Origin: the human T2T-CHM13v2.0 reference genome, Homo sapiens
DNA length: 64,000 bases
NCBI RefSeq assembly: GCF_009914755.1
Contig: NC_060932.1
Reading direction: 5' to 3' (one strand)
This document shows, piece by piece, positions 1-15,813 of this stretch. A program made the translations under genes and the position numbers. Below the pieces are notes generated by a model. That model saw only the letters and a program-made list of their open reading frames with translations. It was not told where the DNA came from and did not search any database. How positions within the stretch are numbered: the first letter of the stretch is position 1; each line of letters starts with the position of its first letter.

Positions 1-714
1 TAAATGTTTTTGTTCTTCTCACTCTCACTTCAGCTTGCCTAGAGAAAAGACACAAATTATTTTCTAAACACTTTATGACTTTATTTCTTACCTATTTTTA
101 TTTATTCTTATATAAAATGGATTAAAGTAATTTAAGTGAATATAATACATATGAAATAAGACAGACCAAAATTTTACATTTCAATCGATATCAAAAGACA
201 TTAGAGAAAAAGGAGAGAAATGAACCAGCTATCTAGGGTGAGTGAGTTACTATAATTTGGCAACAAGTTGCCTAAGAGTAGAAGAGAAAAGCAATGACTG
301 AGTTGAGGGTTAGAAGTTGGATGATATTGTCTGAAAAAGAAAAGAATCATACAAGTCCATTAGGGCAGTAGTACTCAACGTCTTGTTTTTCTTCCCCAAC
401 ACCATCAAGGGCTTCGATACAATCTCCCCAGTAACTGTGCTTTGTTTACTATGGGGTCCATGTCTTCCCAGCTCCCTGCAGGAAAACTGTTGGTTCAGAG
501 AAAAGAGTTATCTGGATGCTCATTCTCTATGAAACTCATTGCATACATTTGTGCTGCCCAAGTATTTTTCCTTGCATTCTGATGATTTAACACAATATAG
601 GGACACATTTTCAAGAAGCTAATACCTATCATGTGTCAAATATTTCCTCTGTGCCAGCTGAGCGTTTCCCATGCCTTGTCTCATTTCATTTCCACAATGT
701 GCATGGAAGGAATT

Positions 715-812
715 AGTCCCATCTTATAGGTGAAGAAACTAAGGTTTTGAAGAGATTGAGTAAGAGGCCTAAGATCACAAGTTAGAAGCTGGTAAAGGGC
801 AGAGCTGGTGCC
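715..812 (-). mobile_element. MIR SINE fragment
   Basis: cccatcttataggtgaagaaactaagg...aagatcaca...gcagagctgg resembles the MIR core in antisense. Confidence 0.65.
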
Positions 813-2765
813 CAACACCTAGGTGGCTGGGTGTGCATAAGACCACTGTGTGTAACAATCTCCCAGGCTGTCCCTCCAGAGACACCGATGGTGTAGGTAT
901 AAGGTGGGGTCTTTGAGTCTGCATTTCATAGCCTCTCTGGTGATTCTTGCCAGTAGTGGAAGGAGGGCCAATACCTAAGCATATTTGCTCTCAAGCCCTT
1001 GCTCTTTCCCACTCTGGAAAGATCACTTTTCACCCAGATGGTCCCATAGTCATTTCAATGTGTTTCCTAAGGCAGATATGAGAAGCTTCCGTGTAGGCAT
1101 TGTGTCTCTTACTGAGCTAAGATTTCTAAAAAATATTTGATAATAATAGAAGTAGTGCTCATTGTAAAGCTCTCAATACAATAAATAGACATTCTCAGTG
1201 TTTGCCTTTATTATATTCTCAGACAGCTCATCACTTAGGAACTAATATTATATCTACTTCTCAGATTAGGAAGCTAGGGGAGAGCTAGAAGTTGGCTTCA
1301 GAGGCTACTGTCACTGGGAATCATTTGGCTGAAAAACAAATAGACTGTCAGGACTTTCTGGACCTGGTAAGCTTTCTTTGGGGGTATGCTTAGCGATGCA
1401 GTGAAAATTACCAGAATGGACTACTAGACATTTGGACACAGTTGTTACAAAAGTGCTTCAAGGCTGAGTTGGAGAGGAACAAAGGGAAATATTTCAGCAG
1501 CCTGTAGAACACTGTCGACATTGAAACTTCTCCCTTGCTTCTTTGCAAATTTTGTGAGTAGTTCACAGGTCAGCTACTACTTCAGTCTCCACCATGAAGG
1601 TTGTTTAAGAGGTGAAATAAAACACAATTTTCCCCAAGCTTGAAAAAGCCAAGAAAGGGAAATTTTTCTTAAGCAAAATCAAAATAGTCAATCTTAGGTT
1701 TTAATTTTCACTGAAACTTAGATAACTAATAAAATACACTACACCATTAAGTGGGTCACCAGTCTGTATCCTATGCCAACTTTGCTGAAATTTTTCTCTG
1801 CGATTACCCCTTTCTTTTAGTCATATTCATGTCTTCATTCTGTCAACAGTCAACCTCTGGGTCTGTTAGAGCATGCCTCACATGGTTGCATTCCCAAAAC
1901 AAGAAGGTGTCAGTATAAAACAGGAGTGCTATGAATGGTTCTTGAATTGTATGAAATGGCTGCAGTATAACTTACCCCATGATAAAAACTATGCATGATA
2001 CTGAAATGTGTATTCTCAGCTCTCCAGCTGATTGCAGTCCATCTTGATCTTAAGCATTTTCATCAGGCAATGTTTTGGGATGTCAGATCCTCAATTTTCA
2101 AATGAAGCTTGATTATGAGAATAAATGACTGGATAAAGGACTGCATTATTGATTCTATAACTGAGTTTGGTGACCTTCTTATTCAGAGGCTTGCAAACCC
2201 TTGTTTACTGACCAAAGTCTTTTTTTCCAAACAAAATTTTACATGGAAATCCAAAACATTATTCAGCTAAATCTGGTTGGAAAGGTACACGGCAACAATT
2301 CTTTCACTAGGTCTCTGAGGCACTTTACTGCTTAAGCCAAATTTCCTTATGTTACGGTTGAGAATGGTGACGCCAAAGGAGATTAAGAAAATTACTTCCC
2401 AAGGTTGCATTGCTAGTTAGGTACAGAGTTGAAATGGAATCTGCATATGTAGTGCTTCCCTATTCTGTCAGGACTCAGGCTAGCTAGGAACACAGTAAAC
2501 TCCAAAACAAGCTTTGGTAAAAGCCTAAAGATATGGGCAAGTCACCAGAGGCAAGCATGGGAAAGTACGAGTAAAATCTGGGAGTATCATGGGCCATCAG
2601 CATGAAGAGGTCGAACTGATGAAGCGAATTACCCAGGACAGGAGCCTCATGTGTGATCTGAGATGAGAGCCAGCTGGGCTTGGAAACCTCGCTAGCAGCT
2701 TAAGTACATGTGTGGGAGCCTCCTGAATAGTAATCACAGAGAACTGCCTTTTATGAAGGATGTAG

Positions 2766-3209
<444 letters not shown>

Positions 3210-6200
3210 TGATCTTTATGTAGGAATCTAGTTTTGCAGTTTCTGCTAAGGGACAGCAGCCTCTGCTGTGTCCTCTTTCTAACATCTTTTCACTTGTATC
3301 CTTTTTTAGCCTTTGACCTGATATGCTGCTTCTAACTTGTATTCTATTTCTGCCTTTTTCTTGTATCTTCCCTGCTTCTCATATGGCAAAAGATGGTTAC
3401 TGTTTAGCCTTCTAAAATGCTCCCAATTTATCAATGCCTTCCTGGGTATTTTTTAGAATAAAGTTGATCTAAAAAATGTATTGGCAATTAAGGAATCTTG
3501 GCTTTTATTTAAATAATTAAAGACTGACCGCTTTCAGATGTTCCAATTCCAATCTTTTCTCAGCCTGTGACAGAGGTCTATTGAAGAAACAGTTCCTGAT
3601 AAACTACTATTTGTTTAATAATAACTTATTCAGGAGAAATCCAAGACTTCTCCAGAATCCCTGAAGGCTTTCCTTTCTGTAGTTGATTGAGTTGTCCTTC
3701 CAAATCAGGGTTAAGGCCACTGGCACAGGAATTTCAGAAAAAGAACATCTGTTTGCAATATACCTGGCTGGTGGATGTATTCTGGAATTTAATGTCTACT
3801 GCTGCCAATCTCTTGACCTTTAAAAGAGAAACATTGATCCTAGGGAAGCTGAGGGGGCTTGTGGTTTAGCTTTAAGACTCCTCCCACCCCCCAAAAGACG
3901 AACCATTGATTATGGAATCTTATATACAATATATACATTAAAGATTATAAAATGCAATCAGAGCTTCTGGAGGGACAGAGATGCCCTTAAGAAATTCTAT
4001 AGGCATCTAGTCTCTTTATATGCAAAATGTATTTCCCATCTCTGTCCAACATCAATTTCTATTTTTTCATTTTTTCTTTGTTGGCTAATGTGAGAAAGTC
4101 ATATTCTCCTGTAACAAGTACCACCCCCCTTGGTGCATGTATACAACCATTTGAACTCCTTGGCCTCTGCAAGCAACTGGCTGATTTTTTTTCTTAAGTA
4201 TTCAAACTAGCAGAGTATGGCATAAAGTACACCTATCCAAATTAGCCCACTGAAAATACAAACAGAGAGGTTCTAAATATTGCATTTGATAATTTTCTCC
4301 GTAATTTGCTGTTCATACAAATGCTTTGCATATGTTGATTAAATATGCACTTTCCACTGCCCCAGGGAGTCAGAGCCCCTCACAGCAGACCAGTGTAATC
4401 TGGTCCCAGGAGACCGTAGCACTCCAGAGGGGCACCGTCACACGGACTACCTGCTTCAGCTTGTCTTAGCAACAATGATCGCCATATGTGAAGCTGCAGG
4501 AAAACAGATGCTGTTTTTCCATTTGTGAAATCAAGTTGTTGGAAAGTAGTCAGGTTTCCAATGTATGAAAGCTCATCTAATCAACCTACGGAGACAGTGT
4601 GAGCTTTCTCAGAAATATTTGACAACATTCCCTAGTATTGGTGACTAGAAACATATATGAAATCATAGTTCCAAAGTGATAATCCTTTTCCCATACTTGT
4701 GTTGATAATATCTGTTTTGATGGCTGCAAATGGAGTCCCTAATTTTCTTAAACAAAGGGAATATGTAACCTGGTTTTCAATTGCAAAAAGAGCTTCACAG
4801 CATGGTCTGTAGGTAAAGGGTAGGTTTACTGTAGTATCTTGTTTTATTACATCAGTCGTAAGTATCACAGATTGTTTCCCCTTTTATGTACAGGAATAGG
4901 AATATGAGGCAATAACTAATGAAGACAATCCCCTTTTTATCAACTCAAAAGTAAAATTTCCATAAGAGCCCAGCCTTAGTGTTCTGTGATCCATCCTACT
5001 TCACTCTTGGACTGTATCGCAAGCAGTCATATTATGTGAAATTTGTGTAGCAAAATAGTTTAGCTGCTTGTAAAACTCCTTTTTATTAATAAAATGTAAA
5101 CAGCTTCTCAGAGTCATTGCCAATAGTAAAGTATAGTTTGAAACCTGATTAGCTAGAATACCACACGATGTCAGAAAAAAAAGAAATGGTGTGTGTCAAT
5201 CACAAAATGTTAGAGCTCTATAGTAACTTACAAACCAGATCAACAGTGAGTATTAATTTATCTGCAATTACTACTATTTTAACTTTTTAATTTATAGAAA
5301 TGTAGCAAAAACCTGAATGAGTAATATTAAGTTTATATCTAAGGAACCTGGTTTCTAATTCTGTTTTCATCATTACTACCCAATTTTATTATAGCCTGAT
5401 ATTTAATTTTTCAATGAACTATAAGTAATAATGCATCAAAGTTTTCATAATACAAAATACAACAAGCTTTAAGAACTAAAAATCTGTAGAACCACAAGGT
5501 ATGAATAACCTGTTATTTCTCATTTATGAGTTAGCCGTGAACATCCTGTTACTCTAACACAAGCAATTCAACTCACTGTGCTTACCATGCTGAGATGACT
5601 AAGGAACCTAATGAAAGATGACTGTGTAACGGTAAAACTACTGTAGACGTAAAAATTGCTATTTGTTCAGAAGACAAAGGCATTGTGCCTACTTAGAGTA
5701 ATATAATTTAGTTAGTATTTTAGCTGGGTTTTGAAATGTGGAGATTCAACAAGATAGAGGTGTTTCCATAGGAAAGAAACAGGATAAGTAGGACAGGCAT
5801 GATGGCAAGATAATGTAAGGCATTATTTGCAGGGGGTGAGTAATTTTAAGATAATTTGGCCAGAGAAAGTCGAAGTTCAGTGAAGTAGAGTAAAAGAGTA
5901 AGACAGGAAAGTTAAAGCCAGATTATGAAGGTCCCAAGTTACGGTCTAAGGAGTACAGATGTGGCTCAGCAATGAAAAGACTTATTTGGCTTTTTGCATC
6001 TAAGAATGGCATTTTGCAGCTGAGAATCAATGTCAGAGCTGTGCTTCATGCAGATCAACCTGGGACTTCAACGTGCAGTGTATTCTGAGCCCAATATGGA
6101 CTAGCACTGTGCTTGCATACTACTAAGAGGAATGGACTATGATAAAGAAACTTGCAGTCCATGAGGAAAAACCAGAAAAATGAAACAGTTATAAATGTCA

Positions 6201-6869
6201 GGATATAATTAAGCACTAAATTATGTGATAACAATTGTCATTGAACTTTGTAGTCTACAAATCATTTATACAGTATTAAAATCAACCCCTCAATAAATAC
6301 TGAATGAGCAATCAGCTCTTTGATGTAAATAGAAAATTTAAGGAATTGAGAGACTCAAAATCACATATGCATTATGTGTTGATTTGGGACTCAAAATCAG
6401 ATCCACGACACCTTCTGCTTTGTGTAGACTGATATGAAGGACTTAAAGGGAAAAGACCTATCTTTGAGCTCTCTGTCTTTAGGTTCACTACGTATTTAAT
6501 AGTGATTATACTAAACTATTAGCCCATGAATAATAGTTAAATATTTTTGTGAACAAACCATTCATAAAGTAAATATTTAACAGCCAGGGAATGTAACCAC
6601 TAATAGATGTGACGACAGTCTCTATCATCAGGATTTTAGGAACATCGAGTCAGCTGTTTCTCTAGTTCTCTAGGAAATTCTGAGCACCACCCAAGAGCCT
6701 TTGAATAAAGTGGCTTTCTGTTTAATTAGCTAAAACTGATTTTAGGTACTAAGATTCCAGACTGATGCATATAGTAATTTGATGTAAATAGTAAGCAACA
6801 GCAAATGGATGTAATGAAGCCCTGCACAGTTTCTGTACTTAGTCAGATATTGGTCTGAAGTTCTGGTAA

Positions 6870-7040
6870 GGATTCACATCAGAGTCCTGGCTCATTACAT
6901 ATTATGTATCCCTGGACATGTTATTTAACCTCGATGAGCATATTTTATTTCTATAAAACTGCAGTAGTATCTATCCCATCTACATTTATCAAGCAAGTAA
7001 ATGCATACAAAATTTCACTGTCAAATATAAAGTAGTTCAT
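6870..7040 (+). mobile_element. MIR fragment
   Basis: gtcctggctcattac...ccctggacatgttatttaacctc...ctataaaa is a degenerate MIR core. Confidence 0.55.
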
Positions 7041-7044
7041 GCTA

Positions 7045-7352
<308 letters not shown>

Positions 7353-8849
7353 GTGCAAGGTATTAGTTGTCCAGAGTATGATTAGTGTTTTGATGTCACA
7401 TGACACAAATGGGTGAGAAATTAATAAATTTATTATCTTGGATGCTGTTCTAAGGAAAAAGATCATCTATTCCTGATTTTTATATTCTGCTTGTCCTCTT
7501 TGGTATTCTCAGGACACAATGGCTTAATGGGATTTAAGCTATGGGGTAAAATTTCCCTCTTTATCTCCGAAAGAGGATCCAAAAACTGCACAGTCATTCT
7601 GCTGTATGATGGAGAAACTGGTGGAGATTCTCCTATGAGCTTGAAACTCAATCATGGAAGAATATTAGAGGCTAGAGTATATTGTAAGGGGAGCAAGCAG
7701 CAGAAAAACTACAACTCAGCAACACTAGCCTTTGCCTGTCTGTTTCCAGTGTGTTGGAAGACAGGCCCATGAGTCTTAGATACACCTGTGTGACAGCCAA
7801 GTTCATGACCACCCCACTCATGTCACGAAGGGAAGACACTTGCTTTCCTCTAGCAAATCTTTGCAGTCTGTCCTCCTTCCTCAGGGTTACAACCTTCTGC
7901 TCTTCACTTTTGACAGACACCCAGGATCATTACAATGGGAACCACGTGTTGGAGGTGTTTCTGGCATACAGGGTCCAAGTTACACCGTAGGCAAGTGACA
8001 CTTGCAGTGGCTTTTCGCTGCACTGAGAAACTTGGAAACTAGGAATTCCAGTTGATTGGCAGCAGTGCCAAATTGTGCAAGCACCTGGTGTATGATATGA
8101 CAGACGGATATTTTATTGAGAGAAATAAAAAGACTTCAAACATTTTGGATCTGTAACTGGTGAATGGCAGTCACCTCAAATCCCATGACAACCCACAATG
8201 CTGCTTGAAGAGGCTAGATACCTGACAGTTATTTTATGATCTATTCCTAAAGTGCTTATACATTTTAGTTCTGTTTATTTCAACAAATGGTAATTTGTTG
8301 AAATCATATCATCAGGTCCCATCATGAAGTAAGACCTGATGATATGAAGAAGAATGCACAATCTTGTCCTCTTGGGCTTGACCATCTGGCAGATTGTCCT
8401 CTGTTGGTGAGAAAACTCCTCTGAGTGGGTCTGGCCTTTTCTACCAGTAGAGTAGAACACTTCCACTATCATACTTATTTCATGCCATTTTCTCTACTTT
8501 TAAGTGTCTGCTTTTGTTTGTTTAATATGGAATGTAGCATATATTATAGCAATGAGTAGGTGCACACATAAGAACCCCTGCCAGGATTTCCCAAATGTTC
8601 TCATTGTACTTTATTATTTTAAAGCAGTTGACAAAGGTTGAGGCTTTCTTATCACCTGTATGCTGCTGTGGCACCACTATAGTTCATATATGCTTTCCAA
8701 CCATGCTGTTGCCTCTCTTAAGGAGGCTGGCTGGCTTGTTTGCTGCATTCCTAAAATTATTTGGCTTTTCTCTTGCTTTATTTTATGGTTGAGTGGCTTT
8801 GGGTAAATGTATTCTATATTTGCTTAGTTTGTTCAAGAGGATGGGGATG

Positions 8850-9625
8850 CAATCCACTAGCAAATCCCATCAGTTCTACCTTCAAAATATGTCCTGAATC
8901 TAACCACTTTTATTTCTTCTCTACTTATTATACATTCTAAGCCACCATAATGTCTTACCTGGAAAACAGCAATAGTCTCTTACATTGTTCCCATTCCATG
9001 CCGGCGCTGTTACAGTCTATTCTCCACATAGCAGTCAGAGTGACGTTTCTAAAGCAGAAACCAATCCTGTCACTTCCCTGCCTTCAGTCCTTCAATGGCA
9101 TCCCACCACAGAGTCAGACTGAAATGTAAAGGAGTCCATGAATTCTAAGAGGGTTGGTGTTAGGAAATGAGGAAAGACAGTTGACCTGGAGCCAGCTTTG
9201 GGTCGTCCTCATTTCATCCCACTCAAGCCCTCTGATGCCCCGACTACTACTTAATTTACCAAAGTCAGTGCCTGTTCAGGAATTTTGAACTTACTGCTCC
9301 CTCTTCCTGGAGCTCTCTTCTCCCAAAATTTGCAAGCTTTGCTGCTTTACTTCATTCTAATCTTCTCAGATATCACATCCTAGAGAGATCTTTCCTCATC
9401 CTCTGCCTAAATACCACCTTCCCATTGCCGCCACCCTTTAACCTCATATTCTATGATATTGCTTCACGGAACTTAAACCTGCCGGCCTTACAGAATCCTC
9501 TTACTACTATTACCTCTACGAGAATGGAAGCTGGGTGAAGGCAGGGATATTGTCTTATTCACCATTGCCTAGAAGAGGGACTGGCACCAAGAGCACCTCA
9601 TAAATATTTATAGAATAAATAAATC
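8850..9625 (+). mobile_element. L2 LINE 3' region
   Basis: cagttctaccttcaaaatat, tctattctccacatagcagtcagagtga, gaaggcaggga..., ending ctcataaatatttatagaataaataaat (L2 tail). Confidence 0.8.
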
Positions 9626-9787
9626 ATCATATTTTATTCTTACTAAAAATTGAGATATTCTTAAATTCAGTTAGCAGAAGAACCTGAGATTCACAAAGGG
9701 CTAAGTAATTTGCAGTTCAATATGGAACAGATGTAAAGCACAAATTCAGGGTCTTTGGATGTCAAAGGCCTTGCTCATTCCTCCATG

Positions 9788-9920
9788 TTTATTTATTTTT
9801 TATTCTTTCTTTTTGTGGAGACAGGGTCTTGCCATGTTGGTCTCAAACTCTTGGGCTCAAGCAGTCCTCCTGCCTTGGCCTCCCAAAGTGTTAGGATTCT
9901 GTGAGCCATTGGACCTGGTC
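9788..9920 (-). mobile_element. Alu monomer (FLAM/AluJ left arm)
   Basis: gagacagggtcttgccatgttggtctcaaactcttgggctcaagcagtcctcc...cccaaagtg. Confidence 0.85.
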
Positions 9921-11894
9921 CATTTCTTTTCATGTATACTCTTTGAGCTAGTTCTTCAGGTTAATAGTTTGGATATTTATTCAACACATTTAATTGAAGA
10001 ATGGATTTTAAATGGATTTGAGAATAACATCTCTATCAATCAAATTTGATTTTATCGTTTAAAATCTAAAGCAAATAAACTTTTACAAGTCATCAGCATC
10101 TTTCATAGAATCTCTTCAGGAGCATGGGGTCAGGTGTGCTGTCCTGAAGCCCAGCCGTCTCCTGAACTGCACATCACTCAGTCTGTCCTGCCCTCACCAA
10201 ACACTGCCCCATGCTGCTGCCCTAACCACAGTCTTGAGTCATAATTGGAAGTGGGTATTTTTAAGATAAAAACTGTACCTGGCAAATAAAGAAACATATT
10301 TGTTCTAAGTTTAATTAAGTAAGTCTGGGCAGCCTTTTTGCAATATGGAGATTAACTGTCAAATTTATGTTAATATGATCTCAGAGAATGAAGCTGCTAT
10401 AAAAAGTTTCTTCCCTCACCCCTCTCTTAAGCTCCTCATGTTGCCTTACTGAAGTTTCCTTAAACTGGTAGTATCTTATTAAAATATCACCAGGTCAGTT
10501 CCACAAGAGCAAGGCAGTGAAAAATATCTAAGAAATTCAAGATGTTAGTTTTAAAGGCAATAGGACAAATAAGCTGAAATCCTGTCCATTATACAGAGGA
10601 AAAATTGTCACAATGGTTGAGTTTTCAGCATCTCATTGGAATCATTCAATGCTAAGCTCTCCTTTATCTGATTAACACAGGATTATAAAGATCTTCTGAG
10701 CACTCTCAGTATAATACAAAGAGCCTTTCATTTCTTTGAATATCCACCCCCCCTGCTTTTTGTGTGTGTGAAAAAGATGTGCCACCCAATTTTTTTTTTT
10801 AATTTTGTGATTTAAGAAAAAAATGCTAACAGTTTGAATCATGAGTCCTGTTGTGGGGACTGAGTTAATTAAAAACCTGATGTATACATACAGCTGATCC
10901 TACTCACCCTAATGAAGAACATTAATTCTGGAGCATGTGTGGCTGCAGTCACATTGCTACAAATTACTGGACTCTTTCCTTTATCTGTTTCCAAGAAAGT
11001 CTCCCCCTGTTAGTTAGGAAAAAAGAAAAATATGACGCCTTAGTTCTAGGCAGCATAAATTACACGCATCAATCAGAGGAAGCTTAAATTAAAATACACA
11101 TTTGGCAAACAAATATGAATATGTTGATCTCATCTGTGAATCAAAATGATTTAGTGCCTGTGTTGACCCCCTACTGTTCAACATGAAGGTCACTGCGAGC
11201 AGCTTCTTTCTTATTGAGAAATGTTTTCTTGTCTTTTAAGGATGCAATTTTATATAAGCCCTAATGTTCAATCTAACTAGTGATCCCTATGTAGAGAGAC
11301 TGATTTATTTTATAAAGAAAATACAGGCTCATTTTTATTTATGTAATCCAAAACAGATAGCTAAATTAAAATGTGGGGGAAAAGCACCAGTGGTTTATGG
11401 TTCCTGGACTGAGGATCCTCCAATGTGTTCATGGTATTTTCTAATCTAGCAGGATACTATTTGTGAAATGGAATGCTACACCTTTTCAATATTGAGTGAT
11501 CATAAATCAGTCTCTTCTTATCACCAGCTGCATGCATTTTTAGGGCAGGAATAAACTTGAGAGTGCCCATTACATGGTAAAACCTGAAGTAGAGATGATC
11601 TTGGGTCTTGGGTTGCCACGTCTTGAAAATATCTGTAGGAAAATCAGGTAGATTAAGTAAGAAAGTGATCTCCCTGGATTGAAATATATCTTATGTTATG
11701 GCATTTATTTTAAATATTTATGTTGTATTTTCTTGCTAAGATTTTATTCTTATTACAACAAACCGGTATAATGATTCTGTCTGTATTAATAGGAGGGATA
11801 TGCAATGTATGTCTTTAATAGTTAGATTGCAACTCAGTACTGAGCATCCTCACAGCTAAATGGAAGAAGACAAATACATAAAACTGTACACAAG

Positions 11895-12075
11895 ATGAAC
11901 ACTTTAGTCTGCAAAAAAAAAAAAAAAAAAAAAAATCACTTGAGGAACTTGTAAAATTGTAGATTTCCAGGCCTCATTTCTCAAAACTGGAATAAGGCAT
12001 GGATCTGCGTTTCTCATGAGTTCTCTAGACATTTCTTATTAGATGTTACTCAGAACAAACTTTGAGAAAAATTGA
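11895..12075. mobile_element. MER5-like hAT-Charlie MITE containing an A23 tract
   Basis: actttagtctgc[A23]tcacttgaggaacttgtaaaattgtagatttccaggcc...actttgagaaaaattg resembles MER5. Confidence 0.6.
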
Positions 12076-12228
12076 TAGAAAGATGAATGGGTGAAAAGAC
12101 CAAATGGTATACAACTTCTTGGGTTTTCGCATTTTCACAAAAGATTATATCAAGAGAGAAAATACAGAGGTGGTATGAGCCATTTGCGCATAAACTGTTA
12201 CTTTAGACAACAGAAAGCAGAATTCTAG

Positions 12229-12427
12229 TTATTTATTTTTATTCCTATTATTATTTATTCATTTATTTATTTTTTAGAGACAGGGCCTCCTTCAGCCACC
12301 CAAGCAGGTGTGTAGTGGTGTGGTGCAATCATAGCTCACTGTAGCCTCAAACTCCTTGGCTCAAGTTATCCTCCCACTTCAGCCTCCTGAGTCACTGGAA
12401 TTACAGGCATGAGCCACTGAGCCTGGC
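12229..12427 (-). mobile_element. Alu monomer (FRAM/FAM-type) with degenerate TSD
   Basis: agagacaggg...caatcatagctcactgtagcctcaaactcc...gagccactgagcctggc; flanks agaaagcagaattcta / agaaaacagagtccta. Confidence 0.88.
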
Positions 12428-12831
12428 AGAAAACAGAGTCCTAAGGGGATATATTATGACAGTTGTTTTACATTGAGGTTTTATTTTCTTTTCGGTGGGT
12501 CAGGGGAAGTATAGTTACAGAGAAGGAAGCTACCCCCAGAATAAGGCACTTTTTTGCTACAACAGCCCAACATCCCAGGTTTTTTAGTGAATTCCAATTT
12601 GAAGTATTCAGTCCCATTATCCCAATATCATGTGTACCGATTTTTGATCCAGGAAATATGGTTGCTGTGTTTCTTGGGTGAATACTCAAACTGTGGTTCA
12701 TTACATTCTAGGGTTCTAATAAATGAGCACAGAAACTTCTGGAAGAAGAAATCCACTGAGATAGGCTGAAAAAATGAGCATCGTGTTGTGCTATTTTGTG
12801 GGGTGTGGAAGAGCAACAGTTTTGTCTATTT

Positions 12832-13131
<300 letters not shown>

Positions 13132-14380
13132 TCATATGAGGCAATTGAAAAGCACTAAAGTCTTCAGAAAGTAAAACGATGTATCAGAAAATATGTTTGA
13201 GGAATATTATGTCTTAACAGGGAAAAAAGACAAAGTCAATTTTATAGAGAGATCCATGTTGATTGTTAAGATGGCCAAGATGAATGGATTGGTTGTGTGG
13301 CAGTCTGTTCATTCGGCTCTGATAGGCACTGCCAAGAGTAACTTGGGTATAATTTTGCTCTGTGCTAATTAGAATTGGTCAACTGATGCTCTGATGAATT
13401 TCCTCCCCTGGATAGAATTTGAGGGAGTATACAACAAAAAAGTAATTATCAGGGGCGCCAGTTATCCATAGGGGCATCTACAGTGGATCCAGGGACGTAG
13501 AACCTGGTGTCAACTTCTTAGAAATTTTTCTCCCCAACTAATGCAACCCCATTAAAAGTCCTCTTTTAGTGGGCACACAACCAATAGTGCATATGCTGAT
13601 AGCATTTTCACATACAAATCTGATAGGCACGCCATTACCCAATTTACACATGCAAATGCAGTAATTGTGTGTACTGGGTGCTGGGGAAACCTGGCATACA
13701 CCCAAATTGGAGGCCTTTTCAAAGCGTGGCCAACCCACCAAATTCCTCTTCCTCAGCAACTCATGGTGCTGTCTTACCTCTGCCTCTATTATACACAATT
13801 CTGTGGGATTCTGGGAGGAAAGATATGTGCTTTGTGAACTTCCCTGAATGACTAAAACTTTGTATCTCTGTTTGATTTGGACATGTTTTAGGTTCTCTTT
13901 TTCTCTGATTAATTGATGATAAGACTTTCTCTCCTTTGTAGTAATTCACCATTTTATTTTTGTGCTTTTTAAAAAATAAACTCTAATTAGAAAGTACAAA
14001 TTCTGTCATTATGACTTATTCTAATCTACAACTTGAAATTAGAATGATTAGGAATTGGCATAATAAGTGATTTGTGCTTTCAAAAGAATAGAGATTACTG
14101 TTTACAGCTATGTGCACATGAGTTTACCCCAAGATGCATTTGATTATTCTAATTTACTGAGCTGCTGCAGGAGCAGCCATTAACTATTTCCTGTTTCTCT
14201 GTTAATGTATTTCAAATATTCTGGGGCTACTTGACTACATAGGCAGTACAATGCAAGCAAAGTAATTTAAGAAATAGAAATAGGATTGAGTATATTTACT
14301 TTGTTGTATTTCTCAGAGAGGAGAAGCCTAGGAGTCTGACACTGATCATAGAAAGATTTTTATATTAATCAGTGGTAGCA

Positions 14381-14499
14381 GAAAAAGCAGTTAAGGAAAT
14401 TTTATCAAAATCAAAGAAAGAAGGAATACTTTGAGAGGAAAAAGCACAGTTGAGATTTTACCAAAACCAAAGAAAGAAGGAATATTTTGAAAGAAAAGA
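14381..14499. repeat. Imperfect tandem duplication, period ~56 bp
   Basis: attttatcaaaatcaaagaaagaaggaatactttgagaggaaaa (from 14399) repeated as attttaccaaaaccaaagaaagaaggaatattttgaaagaaaa (from 14455). Confidence 0.85.
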
Positions 14500-14557
14500 C
14501 CTGTAATTCAAAATTATAACTCTTATTTATTTATTCAGAATATTTATTGTGCTTACT

Positions 14558-15810
<1,253 letters not shown>

Positions 15811-15813
15811 TGG

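Noticed and set aside
4418-4450. CTCF- or REST-like motif (ctccagaggggcacc...acggac)
   Set aside because: There is an extra G relative to the CTCF core, and the RE1 half-sites are degenerate and mis-spaced.
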